Assembly: GCA_963705305.1 (NCBI GenBank)
Contig: OY970067.1
Span: 5,536,001-5,600,000, forward strand
Length of the DNA stretch: 64,000 nt
Direction of reading: 5' to 3'
Source: an uncultured Methylomirabilota bacterium
GTDB taxonomy: Bacteria; Methylomirabilota; Methylomirabilia; Methylomirabilales; 2-02-FULL-66-22
Shown piece by piece: positions 1 to 9,700 of the stretch. The notes under the pieces are model-generated. The model ran no database searches. It saw only the letters and a program-made list of their open reading frames with translations, and was not told the origin of the DNA. Both the position numbers and the translations under genes were made by a program. Each line of letters starts with the position of its first letter. Within the stretch, counting starts at the first letter, position 1.

Positions 1-1053
1 ATGGCGTTTTTGGTCGTGATCTTCATCCGCCTGTTCAACGAGGTGTGGAGCAACACGGCCGTCGTCGGGTCGTATTTCGGCGAGCAGGGTTCGCTTTCCT
101 ATTACGCCGCCGCTTTCATCTTCACCGGCTTCACTCTCCTGTACTGCCTCAAGGGCGGACTGCGCAGCTCCATCTTCACCGACGTGATCCAGTTCTTCCT
201 GTTCGGATTCTTCGTGTTCTTGGTGCTGGGCATGGTGCTTCCGCATAGCGGTTTGAAGCCCATTCTCTCGGCGGGCCGCTTCACCCTGGCGGGCGGAGTG
301 GACTTGCTTCTGGTTGCCCTGCTGCAATGCCTGAGCTACCCCTTCCACGATCCGGTGCTCACCGACCGCGGTTTCCTCACCGAGCGAAAGGCGATGCAGC
401 GGGCGTTCGTGCTGGCCGGCATGGTCGGCTTCGGGTTCATCTTTCTCTTCAGCTGGACCGGGATCTACGTCTACCTGAACGGTCTCCCCTTTTCCGACGA
501 CGCCCCACGCGCGGTCGCGTCCGCATTCGGTTTCGCCTCGCTCTTCAGCATGAATCTCATCATGCTCTCCTCGGCGGGCTCCACCCTGGACTCAACGTTC
601 TCCTCCTTCTCCAAGTGGGGGGCGCTGGATGTGCCCCGGGCCTTTGCCAAAGAGCCGCGGAACCTCCCGCTGGGCCGGGTCATCATGGCCGGCATGGCGA
701 TCCTCGGAAATCTGCCCCTGTTCGCAGGGGCCTCGATCCTGAAGGCCACCACCGTCTCGGGCACCATGGTGATGGGTCTGGCCCCCGTTTTTCTGTTCCA
801 CGCCATGAAGGGGGTGCCCCGCATCTCCTTCCACCTGGCATTCTGGCCGGGCATCTTCCTGGGAACCCTGTACGCTTTTTGGCCGGTCCCGGCCTCCCTG
901 ACTATCGGCGCGGGGACGTACGCCGGCCTGCTGGGAATCAACCTCTACGGCCTGATGTTGTGCACGGCCCTGTACCTGCTGCCCGTGGCGGTCGCTGGAC
1001 TCCTGCCCAGGCGGCTGGCCCCGGACGTCTCGCTCGAGGGGAGCCCGCGATGA
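1..1053 (+). CDS. Sodium:solute symporter family transporter (probably 5'-truncated by the window edge)
   Basis: Multi-TM hydrophobic protein with SSS-like motifs GGLRSSIFTDVIQ and SSAGSTLDSTFSS; stop overlaps the next ATG (ATGA). Confidence 0.85.
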   Translation: MAFLVVIFIRLFNEVWSNTAVVGSYFGEQGSLSYYAAAFIFTGFTLLYCLKGGLRSSIFTDVIQFFLFGFFVFLVLGMVLPHSGLKPILSAGRFTLAGGVDLLLVALLQCLSYPFHDPVLTDRGFLTERKAMQRAFVLAGMVGFGFIFLFSWTGIYVYLNGLPFSDDAPRAVASAFGFASLFSMNLIMLSSAGSTLDSTFSSFSKWGALDVPRAFAKEPRNLPLGRVIMAGMAILGNLPLFAGASILKATTVSGTMVMGLAPVFLFHAMKGVPRISFHLAFWPGIFLGTLYAFWPVPASLTIGAGTYAGLLGINLYGLMLCTALYLLPVAVAGLLPRRLAPDVSLEGSPR

Positions 1054-1907
1054 GCGTCCCCCTGGCCCCGTTCTCCCATCTGGCCAGCCTGTGGATCCAG
1101 GTCACGGGGACGTGGTGCAATCTCCAGTGCACGCACTGTTTCAACGCCAGCGGCCCCCGGGACCCATGGCTCAAGAGCCTGGACGCGGGGACGGTCAAGC
1201 GCTCCATTCAGGAGGCGGAGGAGCTGGGGGTCAAGGAGATCTATTTCACAGGCGGGGAGCCCTTCCTGCACCGGGACATCCTGGAGCTGCTGCAGGCGTC
1301 GCTGGAGGCGGCGCCGACCACGGTCCTGACCAACGGGACCCGGATCACCCCACGGGTGGCCGACGCGCTGGCGGCGATGGCAGAAGAGTCTCCCTACTCC
1401 CTGGAGATCCGGGTGAGCGTGGACGCCATCGACCCCGAGACAAACGACCGGATCCGGGGAAAGGGGGCCCTGGCCAAGGCCGTCCGGGCGATGCGCCTGC
1501 TGGATGCCCGCGGGCTGCTTCCCATCCTCACGGCCACCGAGATCCTCGACCGTACAGATGCCGAGAGAGACGGGATGTACGATCGCTTCCGGGATTTTCT
1601 GCTGGCGCAGGGGATCCGAAAGCCCCGGGTCAAGATCATCCCGGTCTTCCCCATCGGCCGCACGGCCAAAGCCGGCGCCCCCTTGCTCACTGAAGAGATG
1701 CTGCGGGGCTTCGACTTTTCCCTGCTCCAGTGCACGGAGACGCGGGTCGTGGCGGAGGGGGGAGTGTACGCCTGCCCCATCCTGGCCGGACTGAAGGGCG
1801 CCCGGCTCTCGGAGGGCAGCCTGCGGGAGTCGTTCGGTCCCTGCCGCCTTTACCACGCCTCCTGCGCCGTCTGCTACGAGACGGGGATGACCTGCAAGAA
1901 CTTCTGA
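1050..1907 (+). CDS. Radical SAM protein with Cys-rich C-terminus
   Basis: CxxxCxxC (CNLQCTHC), FTGGEP, LTNGT; C-terminal CPIL and CAVCYETGMTC; ATG at 1050 coupled to the upstream stop. Confidence 0.9.
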   Translation: MSVPLAPFSHLASLWIQVTGTWCNLQCTHCFNASGPRDPWLKSLDAGTVKRSIQEAEELGVKEIYFTGGEPFLHRDILELLQASLEAAPTTVLTNGTRITPRVADALAAMAEESPYSLEIRVSVDAIDPETNDRIRGKGALAKAVRAMRLLDARGLLPILTATEILDRTDAERDGMYDRFRDFLLAQGIRKPRVKIIPVFPIGRTAKAGAPLLTEEMLRGFDFSLLQCTETRVVAEGGVYACPILAGLKGARLSEGSLRESFGPCRLYHASCAVCYETGMTCKNF

Positions 1908-1920
1908 GGAGATCGATCGA

Positions 1921-2745
1921 GTGGACGCAGCCTCCGCTGGAATCCAGTCGCACGAGAGCCCCCGCTATCGGCGGATCGCCGTCCTCGGCGGGGTGTACAA
2001 CAACGCACCGGCACTCGAGGCGGCGCTCGCCGATGCCGGACGCCGGGGTGCGGAGGCGATCTTCTGCCTGGGAGACCTGGGAGGATTCGGCCCCCATCCG
2101 GACCGGGTGTTTCCCCTCCTGCGCGACGCGGGCGTCCTGACCATCCAGGGGAACTATGACGCATCGCTGGCCGGCGGCAAGGATGATTGCGGCTGCGGCT
2201 ATACCGATCCGCGCGACAATCGCTTCGCCCGGATCAGCTACGAGTATACCTTCCGCAAGACCTCGGCGGCGCACAAGGCGTGGCTAGGGACGCTGCCGGG
2301 ACAGCGCCGCATCCGGCTGGGCCGGCTGGAGGTCCTCATGTGCCACGGCTCCCCCCGCATGGTGAACGAGTTCCTCTGGGAGTCGGCGACGCCCAACGGC
2401 CTCCTGGCGAAGTTCCTGCGAGACTTCCGGGCTGATGTCATCCTGTGCACCCACACCGGCATCAAGTGGCACCGCGTCCTGGCCGGGAATAAGCATTTGG
2501 TGAACGTGGGGGTCATCGGCCGTCCGGAGAACGACGGGACGACCAATGTGTGGTATGCCCTGCTGACGGCGGAAGATGAGCTCACGGTGGAGTTCATCCC
2601 CGTCCGCTTCGACCACGAGCGGCTGGCCCGGGAGATGGAGCTGGAAGGGCTGCCCGGGGAATTCGTCGAGACCATCCGCACGGGATGGTGGACGACCTGC
2701 ATGGAGATCCTTCCCGCCAAGGAGCGGGCGCGGGGCAAGTACTGA
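1921..2745 (+). CDS. Metallophosphoesterase (calcineurin-like) with CGCGY motif
   Basis: CLGDLGGFGPHP, GNYD, CHGSP, CTHTG, NVGVIG motifs; GTG start after GAGGA. Confidence 0.85.
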   Translation: MDAASAGIQSHESPRYRRIAVLGGVYNNAPALEAALADAGRRGAEAIFCLGDLGGFGPHPDRVFPLLRDAGVLTIQGNYDASLAGGKDDCGCGYTDPRDNRFARISYEYTFRKTSAAHKAWLGTLPGQRRIRLGRLEVLMCHGSPRMVNEFLWESATPNGLLAKFLRDFRADVILCTHTGIKWHRVLAGNKHLVNVGVIGRPENDGTTNVWYALLTAEDELTVEFIPVRFDHERLAREMELEGLPGEFVETIRTGWWTTCMEILPAKERARGKY

Positions 2746-2754
2746 GGGGAGACG

Positions 2755-3561
2755 ATGCGCGCGCTGCGGGAGCCGGCCAACCGGTTGCTGGTTCAACTCT
2801 TCAAGCATGCGCCCCGGCTCGCCTCCGTATGGGCGAGACGGTATCGCGCCGTGGAGGCCGCCGGGATTCCCTGGACCCCCGTACGAAAGCCGCTGGGGCA
2901 GTCAACGGTGGCCCTGCTCACCACGGCCGGTGTCCACCTGCGGAGCCAGGCGCCGTTCGTCATGGACGATCCGGACGGGGACCCGAGCTTCCGGATCATC
3001 CCGGTCGAGGCGGCGAAGGACCAGCTGGTCATCACGCACAAGTACTACGACCATACGGCGGCGGACCGGGACATCAACGTGGTCCTCCCGCTGGACCGGA
3101 TGCGCGAGCTGCAGGCCGCAGGGCGGATCGGCACGCTGGCTCCGTTGGCCTACGGCTTCATGGGGCACATCGACGGCCCGCACCTCCGCACGCTTCTGGA
3201 GGTGTCGGCACCCGAAGTGGCCCGCCGCCTCCGGCAGGACGGGGCGGAGGCGGCGGTTCTCACCCCCGCCTGAGGCCTCTGCAACCAGACCGTGGGTCTG
3301 GTCCAGCGCGCCATCGAGGCGGGGGGCATCCCCACCATCGGGATCAGCCTCCTGAAGGAGATCACCGAGAAGGTCCGGCCGCCGCGGGCCCTGTATCTGC
3401 GATACCCTTTCGGGCATCCCCTGGGAGAGGCGCACCGCCTCGCCCAGCAGCGCGCAATTCTGTTGGCGGCTCTCCATGGGCTGGAGACGATCACCACCCC
3501 CGGAACGATCCTGGAGCCCGGTTTTCGGTGGCGCCGGACGCGTTTCGAGGGAGAGCCGTGA
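2755..3561 (+). CDS. PrdB/GrdB-like selenoprotein B family protein, 268 aa, Sec at UGA 3271-3273
   Basis: ORFs 2755-3273 and 3292-3561 are in the same frame. Read-through gives AAVLTPA-U-GLCNQTVGLVQRAIEAGGIPT (UxxC). N-terminal VALLTTAGV, GDPSFR and DINVVLPLDR motifs match the family. Confidence 0.9.
3284..3302 (+). promoter_or_regulatory. Bacterial SECIS-like hairpin
   Basis: ACCAGACC-GTG-GGTCTGGT perfect stem starting at the 11th nt after the UGA; apical loop begins with G. Confidence 0.75.
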
Positions 3562-3592
3562 GGTTGCCGCTCGTCCGGCCCCGCGGAGGCCT

Positions 3593-4297
3593 ATGATGCC
3601 GAGAATCTCCTCGAACAAAGCGAAGCTCCTCCTCTGGGCGCTGGCGATCGTCGCCGTGCTGGTCCTGGGCCGGGAGGTGAATGCTCCTGTATTGCTCAAG
3701 ACCGCCTTGGACTGGATCCAGGGGCTGGGGGGCTGGGGGGCGGCCATCTTTGTCGTCCTCTACATCGTGGCTACCGTCTGCTTCCTCCCCGGCTCCATTC
3801 TGACCCTGGGCGCCGGCGTGGTGTACGGGGTGGCCCAGGGGGCGATCCTGGTCTCCCTGTCGGCGACCCTGGGGGCTACCGCCGCCTTCTTCGTCGGCCG
3901 CTATGTCGCCAGGGGCTGGGTGGTCGGCCAGATCGAGCGGAGCGCCGCCTTCCGGGCCATTGACGACGCGGTCGGTCGCGAGGGGTGGAAGATCGTAGGG
4001 CTGACCCGCCTCTCCCCGGTCTTTCCATTCAACTTGCTCAACTACGCCTTCGGGGTGACGCGGGTGAGACCGCGGGACTATATCCTGGCGTCCTGGATCG
4101 GCATGATCCCGGGAACGCTCATGTACGTGTACCTGGGCTCCCTCGCGGGCAGCCTGGCCACGCTGGGAGCCGGCCGGCAGGCCCGGACGCCGACCGAGTG
4201 GGCGCTGTACGGAACCGGGCTCGTCGCCACCGTGGCGGTGACGCTGTATGTCACCCGAATCGCTCGAGCGGCGCTGAAAAAGCGAATCGCCGACTGA
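3593..4297 (+). CDS. TVP38/TMEM64 (DedA/SNARE-associated) membrane protein
   Basis: LPGSILTLGAG, RLSPVFPFNLLNYAFG, GMIPGT motifs; GGAGG RBS before ATG 3593. Confidence 0.9.
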   Translation: MMPRISSNKAKLLLWALAIVAVLVLGREVNAPVLLKTALDWIQGLGGWGAAIFVVLYIVATVCFLPGSILTLGAGVVYGVAQGAILVSLSATLGATAAFFVGRYVARGWVVGQIERSAAFRAIDDAVGREGWKIVGLTRLSPVFPFNLLNYAFGVTRVRPRDYILASWIGMIPGTLMYVYLGSLAGSLATLGAGRQARTPTEWALYGTGLVATVAVTLYVTRIARAALKKRIAD

Positions 4298-5853
4298 TGC
4301 GGGAGGGAGATGTCGTGTTGCGGACCCTCGAGCATACCCCGGAAGGATTTGTCCTTGAGCCCTGGGATGAGCACAACCAGGCGCTGCTGCACAACGTCCA
4401 CCCCGCCGACTGGGTCAACCCGGAGCCCGCCGGCCGGTACAACCTGGTGGTGATCGGCGCCGGCACAGCCGGCCTGGTGAGCGCGGTGGGGGCCGCGGGG
4501 CTCGGGGCCAAGGTGGCTCTGGTGGAGCGGGAGCTGATGGGTGGCGACTGCCTGAACGTCGGCTGCGTCCCCTCCAAGGCGCTGATCCGCGCGGCGCGGG
4601 CCTGGGCCGATGTCCGGGACGCCGGGGAGTTCGGGGTGATGGTCCCGCCGGGAGCCCGGGTGGACTTTCCGGCCGTCACAGAGCGGATGCGGCGGCTGCG
4701 GGCGCGAATCAGTCGGACCGACTCGGCCCGGCGGTACCGGGAGCTGGGCGTGGACGTGTTCCTGGGGGCGGGACGTTTCGCCGGACCGGACACGGTCGAG
4801 GTGGCGGACAAGATGCTGCGCTTCCGGAAGGCCGTCATCGCCACGGGGGCCCGGGCCTTCGCACCCCCGATCCCCGGCCTGGCGGAGGCCGGTTACCTGA
4901 CCAACGAGAGCGTGTTTTCCCTGTGCGAGCTGCCCCGTCGTCTCGCAGTCATCGGGGCCGGCCCGATCGGCTGCGAGCTGTCGCAGGTCTTCGCCCGGTT
5001 CGGGAGCCAGGTGTACCTGATCGAGGCCACGCACGGCATTCTGCCCAATGAGGACCGCGATGCGGCGGAGATCGTTTGCCGCTCCCTGCTGCGCGACGGC
5101 ATCACGATCCTGTGCTGCGGCGCCGACCTGAAGGTCGGCAGGGAGCACGGGGGCAAGCGCCTGTCGGTCGACTCCCACGGACAGCATTACGACCTCAGCG
5201 TGGACGAGATCCTGGTCGGCGTGGGGCGACAACCCAACGTCGATGGGCTGAACCTCGAGGCGGTCGGCGTCGCCTTCGACAAGACCGGGGTGACCGTCAC
5301 TGATCGGCTGCGAACGACCAATCCCCGCATCTACGCCGCCGGGGATGTCTGCTCCCGTTATAAGTTCACGCACAACTCGGACTTCCAGGCCCGCATCGTC
5401 ATCCAGAACGCCCTGTTCCTCGGGCGGGCCCGGGCCAGCGCCCTGAAGATCCCGTGGTGCACCTACACCGACCCCGAGATCGCTCACGTCGGCCTCTCCG
5501 AGGACGAGGCCAAAGGGCGCGGACTCCGCGTCCGGACGTTCCTCCAGACCTTCGAGGACGTGGACCGCGCCGTGTTGGACGGGGAAGCGGAAGGATTCGC
5601 CAAGGTGCACGTCCGGGAGGGCACGGACACGATCCTGGGCGCCACCATCGTGGCGCGCCACGCCGGCGAGATGCTCCCGGAGCTTACCCTTGCCATGACC
5701 AGCCGGATCGGCCTGGGCGCGCTGGCCCGGACGATCCATACCTACCCGACCCAGGCCGAGGCGATCCGTAAGCTGGGGGACGCCTACAACCGCACCCGGC
5801 TGACCCCCTTCGTGAAGGGGCTCTTCCGCAGGTGGCTGGCCTGGACGCGGTAG
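4297..5853 (+). CDS. Pyridine nucleotide-disulfide oxidoreductase, mercuric-reductase-like (not true MerA)
   Basis: GAGTAG, GGDCLNVGCVPSK, GAGPIGCE, HTYPT; no C-terminal Cys-Cys pair or N-terminal metal-binding domain. Confidence 0.85.
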   Translation: MREGDVVLRTLEHTPEGFVLEPWDEHNQALLHNVHPADWVNPEPAGRYNLVVIGAGTAGLVSAVGAAGLGAKVALVERELMGGDCLNVGCVPSKALIRAARAWADVRDAGEFGVMVPPGARVDFPAVTERMRRLRARISRTDSARRYRELGVDVFLGAGRFAGPDTVEVADKMLRFRKAVIATGARAFAPPIPGLAEAGYLTNESVFSLCELPRRLAVIGAGPIGCELSQVFARFGSQVYLIEATHGILPNEDRDAAEIVCRSLLRDGITILCCGADLKVGREHGGKRLSVDSHGQHYDLSVDEILVGVGRQPNVDGLNLEAVGVAFDKTGVTVTDRLRTTNPRIYAAGDVCSRYKFTHNSDFQARIVIQNALFLGRARASALKIPWCTYTDPEIAHVGLSEDEAKGRGLRVRTFLQTFEDVDRAVLDGEAEGFAKVHVREGTDTILGATIVARHAGEMLPELTLAMTSRIGLGALARTIHTYPTQAEAIRKLGDAYNRTRLTPFVKGLFRRWLAWTR

Positions 5854-5909
5854 GATCGAGGGCGCGGCGCCGCGCGGAGCCAGGAGGCGCCTGAGGGCGA
5901 GGTGGGAGC

Positions 5910-6644
5910 GTGAGCATACCGATGCTGAGTGTCATCGTCCCCGTCCTGAACGAGGCGGAGAATATCCCCCGGCTGCTCTCGGCCCTCCAAGAGGCATGCC
6001 CGCAGGCCGAGGCGATCGTGGTCGACGGGGGAAGCCAGGACGGGACGCGGGAGGCGGTCCGCCGATTCTCCGGCGTGCGCCTGATCCTGAGCCGGCAGGG
6101 CCGGGCGCACCAGATGAATGCCGGCGCCGCCGAGGCCCGCGGGCGGATCCTGCTCTTTCTCCATGCCGACACCTGGCTTCCCCTCGGCGCCGCCGAGGCC
6201 GTTCAGGAGGCCTGCCGGAACCCATTGGTGGTGGGGGGGCGCTTTGACGTCCGCTTCGACAGTCCGCGGCCGGCCTTCCGTGTCATCGCGGCGTTCATGA
6301 ACATTCGCTCCCGTGTGAGCGGCATCTTCACCGGGGATCAGGCCATCTTCGTCCGGCGCGAGGCCTTCGAGGCGCTGGGCGGCTTTCCCGAGATTCCGCT
6401 GATGGAGGACGTGGAGTTCTCGCGCCGCCTGAAGCGGGCGGGACAACTCGCTTGCCTCCAGGTGGAGGCGACCACGTCCGCCAGGAAGTGGGAGCGGGAG
6501 GGGGTGGGTCGAACCGCCCTCCTGATGTGGAGCCTGCGCCTGCTGCATGCGCTCGGTGTCTCTCCGGAGCGCCTGCACCGCTGGTACTATCCCGACCTCC
6601 GACCGCCCGAGACGACCGAAGGGCCGTCGCCCCCGGGGGGCTGA
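5910..6644 (+). CDS. GT2 glycosyltransferase, TIGR04283-like (rSAM/arsenosugar-associated)
   Basis: SVIVPVLNEA, VDGGSQDGT, GRAHQMNAGA, LFLHADT, GDQAIF, PLMEDV, TSARKW. Confidence 0.85.
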   Translation: MSIPMLSVIVPVLNEAENIPRLLSALQEACPQAEAIVVDGGSQDGTREAVRRFSGVRLILSRQGRAHQMNAGAAEARGRILLFLHADTWLPLGAAEAVQEACRNPLVVGGRFDVRFDSPRPAFRVIAAFMNIRSRVSGIFTGDQAIFVRREAFEALGGFPEIPLMEDVEFSRRLKRAGQLACLQVEATTSARKWEREGVGRTALLMWSLRLLHALGVSPERLHRWYYPDLRPPETTEGPSPPGG

Positions 6645-6787
6645 CGGTTCGGTCGTCCCTGGCTCCCCGCACGCGCCGGGGTCGTCGGACGGTCTTCCGG
6701 TTGGGCTTGACCATGCCGGCTTTTCCGTCTAGGCTACCCGGAAATACCGGGCCATCCGGAAGATTCGAAGCCTGCAGAGGCCTCGCC

Positions 6788-8284
6788 ATGAATCAAGATC
6801 AACAGGCTACCCGCATCGAGAAGCTGACGGCGCTCCTGGACGTCGGCAAAGCTATGGCCTCCGAGCGCAACCTGGACCGGCTCCTCCAGCTGATCATGGA
6901 GGAAGTCACCAAGGTCATGGAGGCGGATCGAAGCTCTCTGTTCCTGGTGGATCCCGAGCGCAACGAGCTCTGGTCCAAGATCGCCCAGGGGCTGGAGGTC
7001 CGCGAGATCCGCATCGAGATCGGAATGGGGATCTCGGGCTATGTCGCTCAGACCGGCAACATCGTCAACATTCCCGACGCCTACGCCGACTCGCGCTTCA
7101 ACCAGGAGATGGACCATCGGACGGGCTATCGGACCCGCACCATCCTCTGCGTCCCCATGCGCAATACCCGGAATGAGGTCATCGGCGTCATCCAGGTGCT
7201 GAACAAGCGGGAGGGCGCCTTCACCGCCGAGGACGAGGAGCTGCTGCTGGCCCTCTCCAGCCAGGCGGCCGTCGCCGTTGAGAATGCCATCCTCTATGAG
7301 GACATCCAGCATCTCTTCGAGGGGTTCATCAAAGCCTCCGTGTACGCCATCGAGTCGCGAGACCCCACCACCTCCGGCCACTCGGAGCGCGTGGCCATCC
7401 TGACGGTGGGCCTGGCGGAGAACGTGGATCGGACGGACTCCGGCCTCTACGCCGGGATCAGCTTCTCGGCCGAGGACATGCGAGAGCTCCGCTACGCCTC
7501 GCTCCTGCACGACTTCGGCAAGGTGGGCGTCCGTGAGCCGGTGCTGGTAAAGGCCAACAAGCTGTACGAGTCCAACCTGGACCTGATCACCAGCCGCTTC
7601 AAGTTCATCAAGAAGGCCCTGGAGAACGAGTTCCTGCAGCGCAAGCTGTCTCTCGCGCTGACGATGGGGCAGGCGGCGAGGGCGGACATCGAAGCCCTGG
7701 ACGAAGAGCTGGCGCGCCGGCTGGCCGAGCTGGACGAAGAGCTGAATCTCATCGTCACCGCCAACACACCGACCATCTTGCCCTCTGTCGGCTTCGAACG
7801 AATTCTGGAGATCGCCGCCAAGAGTTTCGTGGACGGGGACGGCTCGCGGCACCCCTACCTGACCACCCGGGAGGCGGAGAACCTGTCCATCGCCAAGGGC
7901 AGCTTGAATGTCCAGGAGCGCCTGGAGATCGAGTCTCACGTCACCCACAGCTTCCGGTTCCTGCGCCAGATTCCGTGGACGAAGGATCTCCGCCGCATTC
8001 CCACCATCGTGTATGCCCACCACGAGAAACTGACGGGGGTCGGCTACCCCAATAACCTGCGGGGCGATGACATCCCCTTCCAGGCCAAGATGATGACGGT
8101 CTGCGACATCTACGACGCCCTGACTGCCGCCGACCGTCCCTACAAGCGGGCGGTGCCCGCCGAGCACGCGCTGGACATCCTGGGAGCGGAGGTGAAGGAC
8201 GGGCACCTAGACGCAGAGCTGGTCCGCATCTTCACCGAAAGCCGGACCTGGGCTCTCACCGATGGCATGCGGACAGCCAGATAG
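6788..8284 (+). CDS. GAF + HD-GYP cyclic-dinucleotide phosphodiesterase
   Basis: GAF (DHRTGYRTRTILCVP, VLNK), GHSERVA, LLHDFGKVG, HHEKLTGVGYP, DIYDALT, RPYK. Confidence 0.9.
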   Translation: MNQDQQATRIEKLTALLDVGKAMASERNLDRLLQLIMEEVTKVMEADRSSLFLVDPERNELWSKIAQGLEVREIRIEIGMGISGYVAQTGNIVNIPDAYADSRFNQEMDHRTGYRTRTILCVPMRNTRNEVIGVIQVLNKREGAFTAEDEELLLALSSQAAVAVENAILYEDIQHLFEGFIKASVYAIESRDPTTSGHSERVAILTVGLAENVDRTDSGLYAGISFSAEDMRELRYASLLHDFGKVGVREPVLVKANKLYESNLDLITSRFKFIKKALENEFLQRKLSLALTMGQAARADIEALDEELARRLAELDEELNLIVTANTPTILPSVGFERILEIAAKSFVDGDGSRHPYLTTREAENLSIAKGSLNVQERLEIESHVTHSFRFLRQIPWTKDLRRIPTIVYAHHEKLTGVGYPNNLRGDDIPFQAKMMTVCDIYDALTAADRPYKRAVPAEHALDILGAEVKDGHLDAELVRIFTESRTWALTDGMRTAR

Positions 8285-8396
8285 GGGCGTGCGCCCCGGC
8301 CCGCAGGCCGGCTGCCACTCCATCCTGTCCGGACGGAAGCGATCCAGAAAAAGCAAAGGCTGGGAGAGACCCGCAGGGAGAGGGAGCCGACCGCGG

Positions 8397-9056
8397 CTAG
8401 CCGCGCCAGCCGGCGACCTGAACGATCTCGCGCCCGGGGAGCTTCAGGCAGGTGAGCTTGCCGCCGTAGACGCAGCCGGTGTCGATCCCGATGCGGTCCT
8501 CGCCCATCATCACCTGGCGCAGCGGAGTGTGGCCGAACACCACTGGCTTGGGGAAACGGCCGCGGAACTGGAAGAATTCCTGGCGGATCCAGATGAGGTC
8601 GCTCACCTCCTGCTGGGCCAGGGGGACCATGGGCCGGATGCCGGCGTGGACGAAGACGCAGTCGGCCGTCTCGTAGATCGTCCGCAAGCTCCGAAAGAAG
8701 GTGAGGTGCGACTCCGGGATATCGTCCGGGTCGCCGCCGTAGCTTCGCAGGGTGGCCCGGCCGCCGTTGGCGAGGAACAGATCCTCGTTTTCACCCGCCA
8801 GGAAATCCAGCAGCATCCGCTCGTGGTTTCCCATCAGGAAGACGCATACGAACGGGAGCGCCAGGACGTAATCCACCACCTCCCGGGATTGGGGGCCCCG
8901 GTCGATGTAGTCCCCCACGAAGATCAGCCGATCCCGCGGATTCGGTCTGACCTTTTCCACCAGCCGCTGCAACGGCCGGAGGCATCCGTGAATATCGCCG
9001 ATGACGTAAGTCGCCGAGCCGTTCGCGTCGGCGGCCCGCTCCCGGAGCCGGTTCAC
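8397..9056 (-). CDS. PPP-family (PrpA/ApaH-like) metallophosphoesterase
   Basis: GDIHG, GDYIDRG, GNHE, VHAG, FGHTP, IDTGCVYGG. Confidence 0.9.
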   Translation of the reverse strand: MNRLRERAADANGSATYVIGDIHGCLRPLQRLVEKVRPNPRDRLIFVGDYIDRGPQSREVVDYVLALPFVCVFLMGNHERMLLDFLAGENEDLFLANGGRATLRSYGGDPDDIPESHLTFFRSLRTIYETADCVFVHAGIRPMVPLAQQEVSDLIWIRQEFFQFRGRFPKPVVFGHTPLRQVMMGEDRIGIDTGCVYGGKLTCLKLPGREIVQVAGWRG

Positions 9057-9646
9057 CGCGCCACCTCATCCACCGGGCGGCTACCTCCCGGCGGGTCGGC
9101 TGCGGCCGCGGCCTGCTCCCACGCGGCCCAGAGCAAGGCAAGCTTGGTGAGACCGCACGCGATCCGGTCGTCCTGGGCCATCGCGACAGCCTCCCGGAAA
9201 GGAAACTCCCGCCGCTCCAGGGCCTCGTCCTGATCGGGGGGCAGCGGGTCCGGTGACAGATCCTCCGCCACGAAGACGTGGATGATCTCGTCCAGGAAGG
9301 CGTTGTTGGGCCAGAAACCGCCCAGCCGCCGCAGTCGGGCCGCTCGGTAGCCGGCCTCCTCGCGCAGCTCGCGCTGCGCGGCCGCCTCGGCTGCCTCCCC
9401 GGCCGCCACGGCGCCCCCCGGGATCTCCCAAGAGAAATCGTTCGTCACGTGCCGGTACTGTCGGACCAGGAGCACCCGATCCCCGGGAAGAAAGGGCAGG
9501 ATTCCCACGCTGGCGCCGAGGTGGAGGATTGGATACGTCCGCCGGCTGCCGTCCGGCAGCTCCAGGACATCCTCCCGCACCACCACGTGCTCCCGCTGGT
9601 GAAGGATTCGCGATTCCACCCGCCTCCATGCTTTCAGCTCATCCAC
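9053..9646 (-). CDS. NUDIX hydrolase, ADP-ribose pyrophosphatase-like
   Basis: Nudix box GGAVAAGEAAEAAAQRELREEAG; LVRQYR. Confidence 0.9.
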   Translation of the reverse strand: MDELKAWRRVESRILHQREHVVVREDVLELPDGSRRTYPILHLGASVGILPFLPGDRVLLVRQYRHVTNDFSWEIPGGAVAAGEAAEAAAQRELREEAGYRAARLRRLGGFWPNNAFLDEIIHVFVAEDLSPDPLPPDQDEALERREFPFREAVAMAQDDRIACGLTKLALLWAAWEQAAAAADPPGGSRPVDEVAR

Positions 9647-9700
9647 CGCACCCCTCGCCCAATGCCGGCCGGCCCGCTGCCGGCTCCGACGCGTCCCGTC

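Noticed and set aside
4297..5853. True mercuric reductase (merA)
   Set aside because: No C-terminal Cys-Cys pair, no NmerA domain and no merR/T/P genes nearby.
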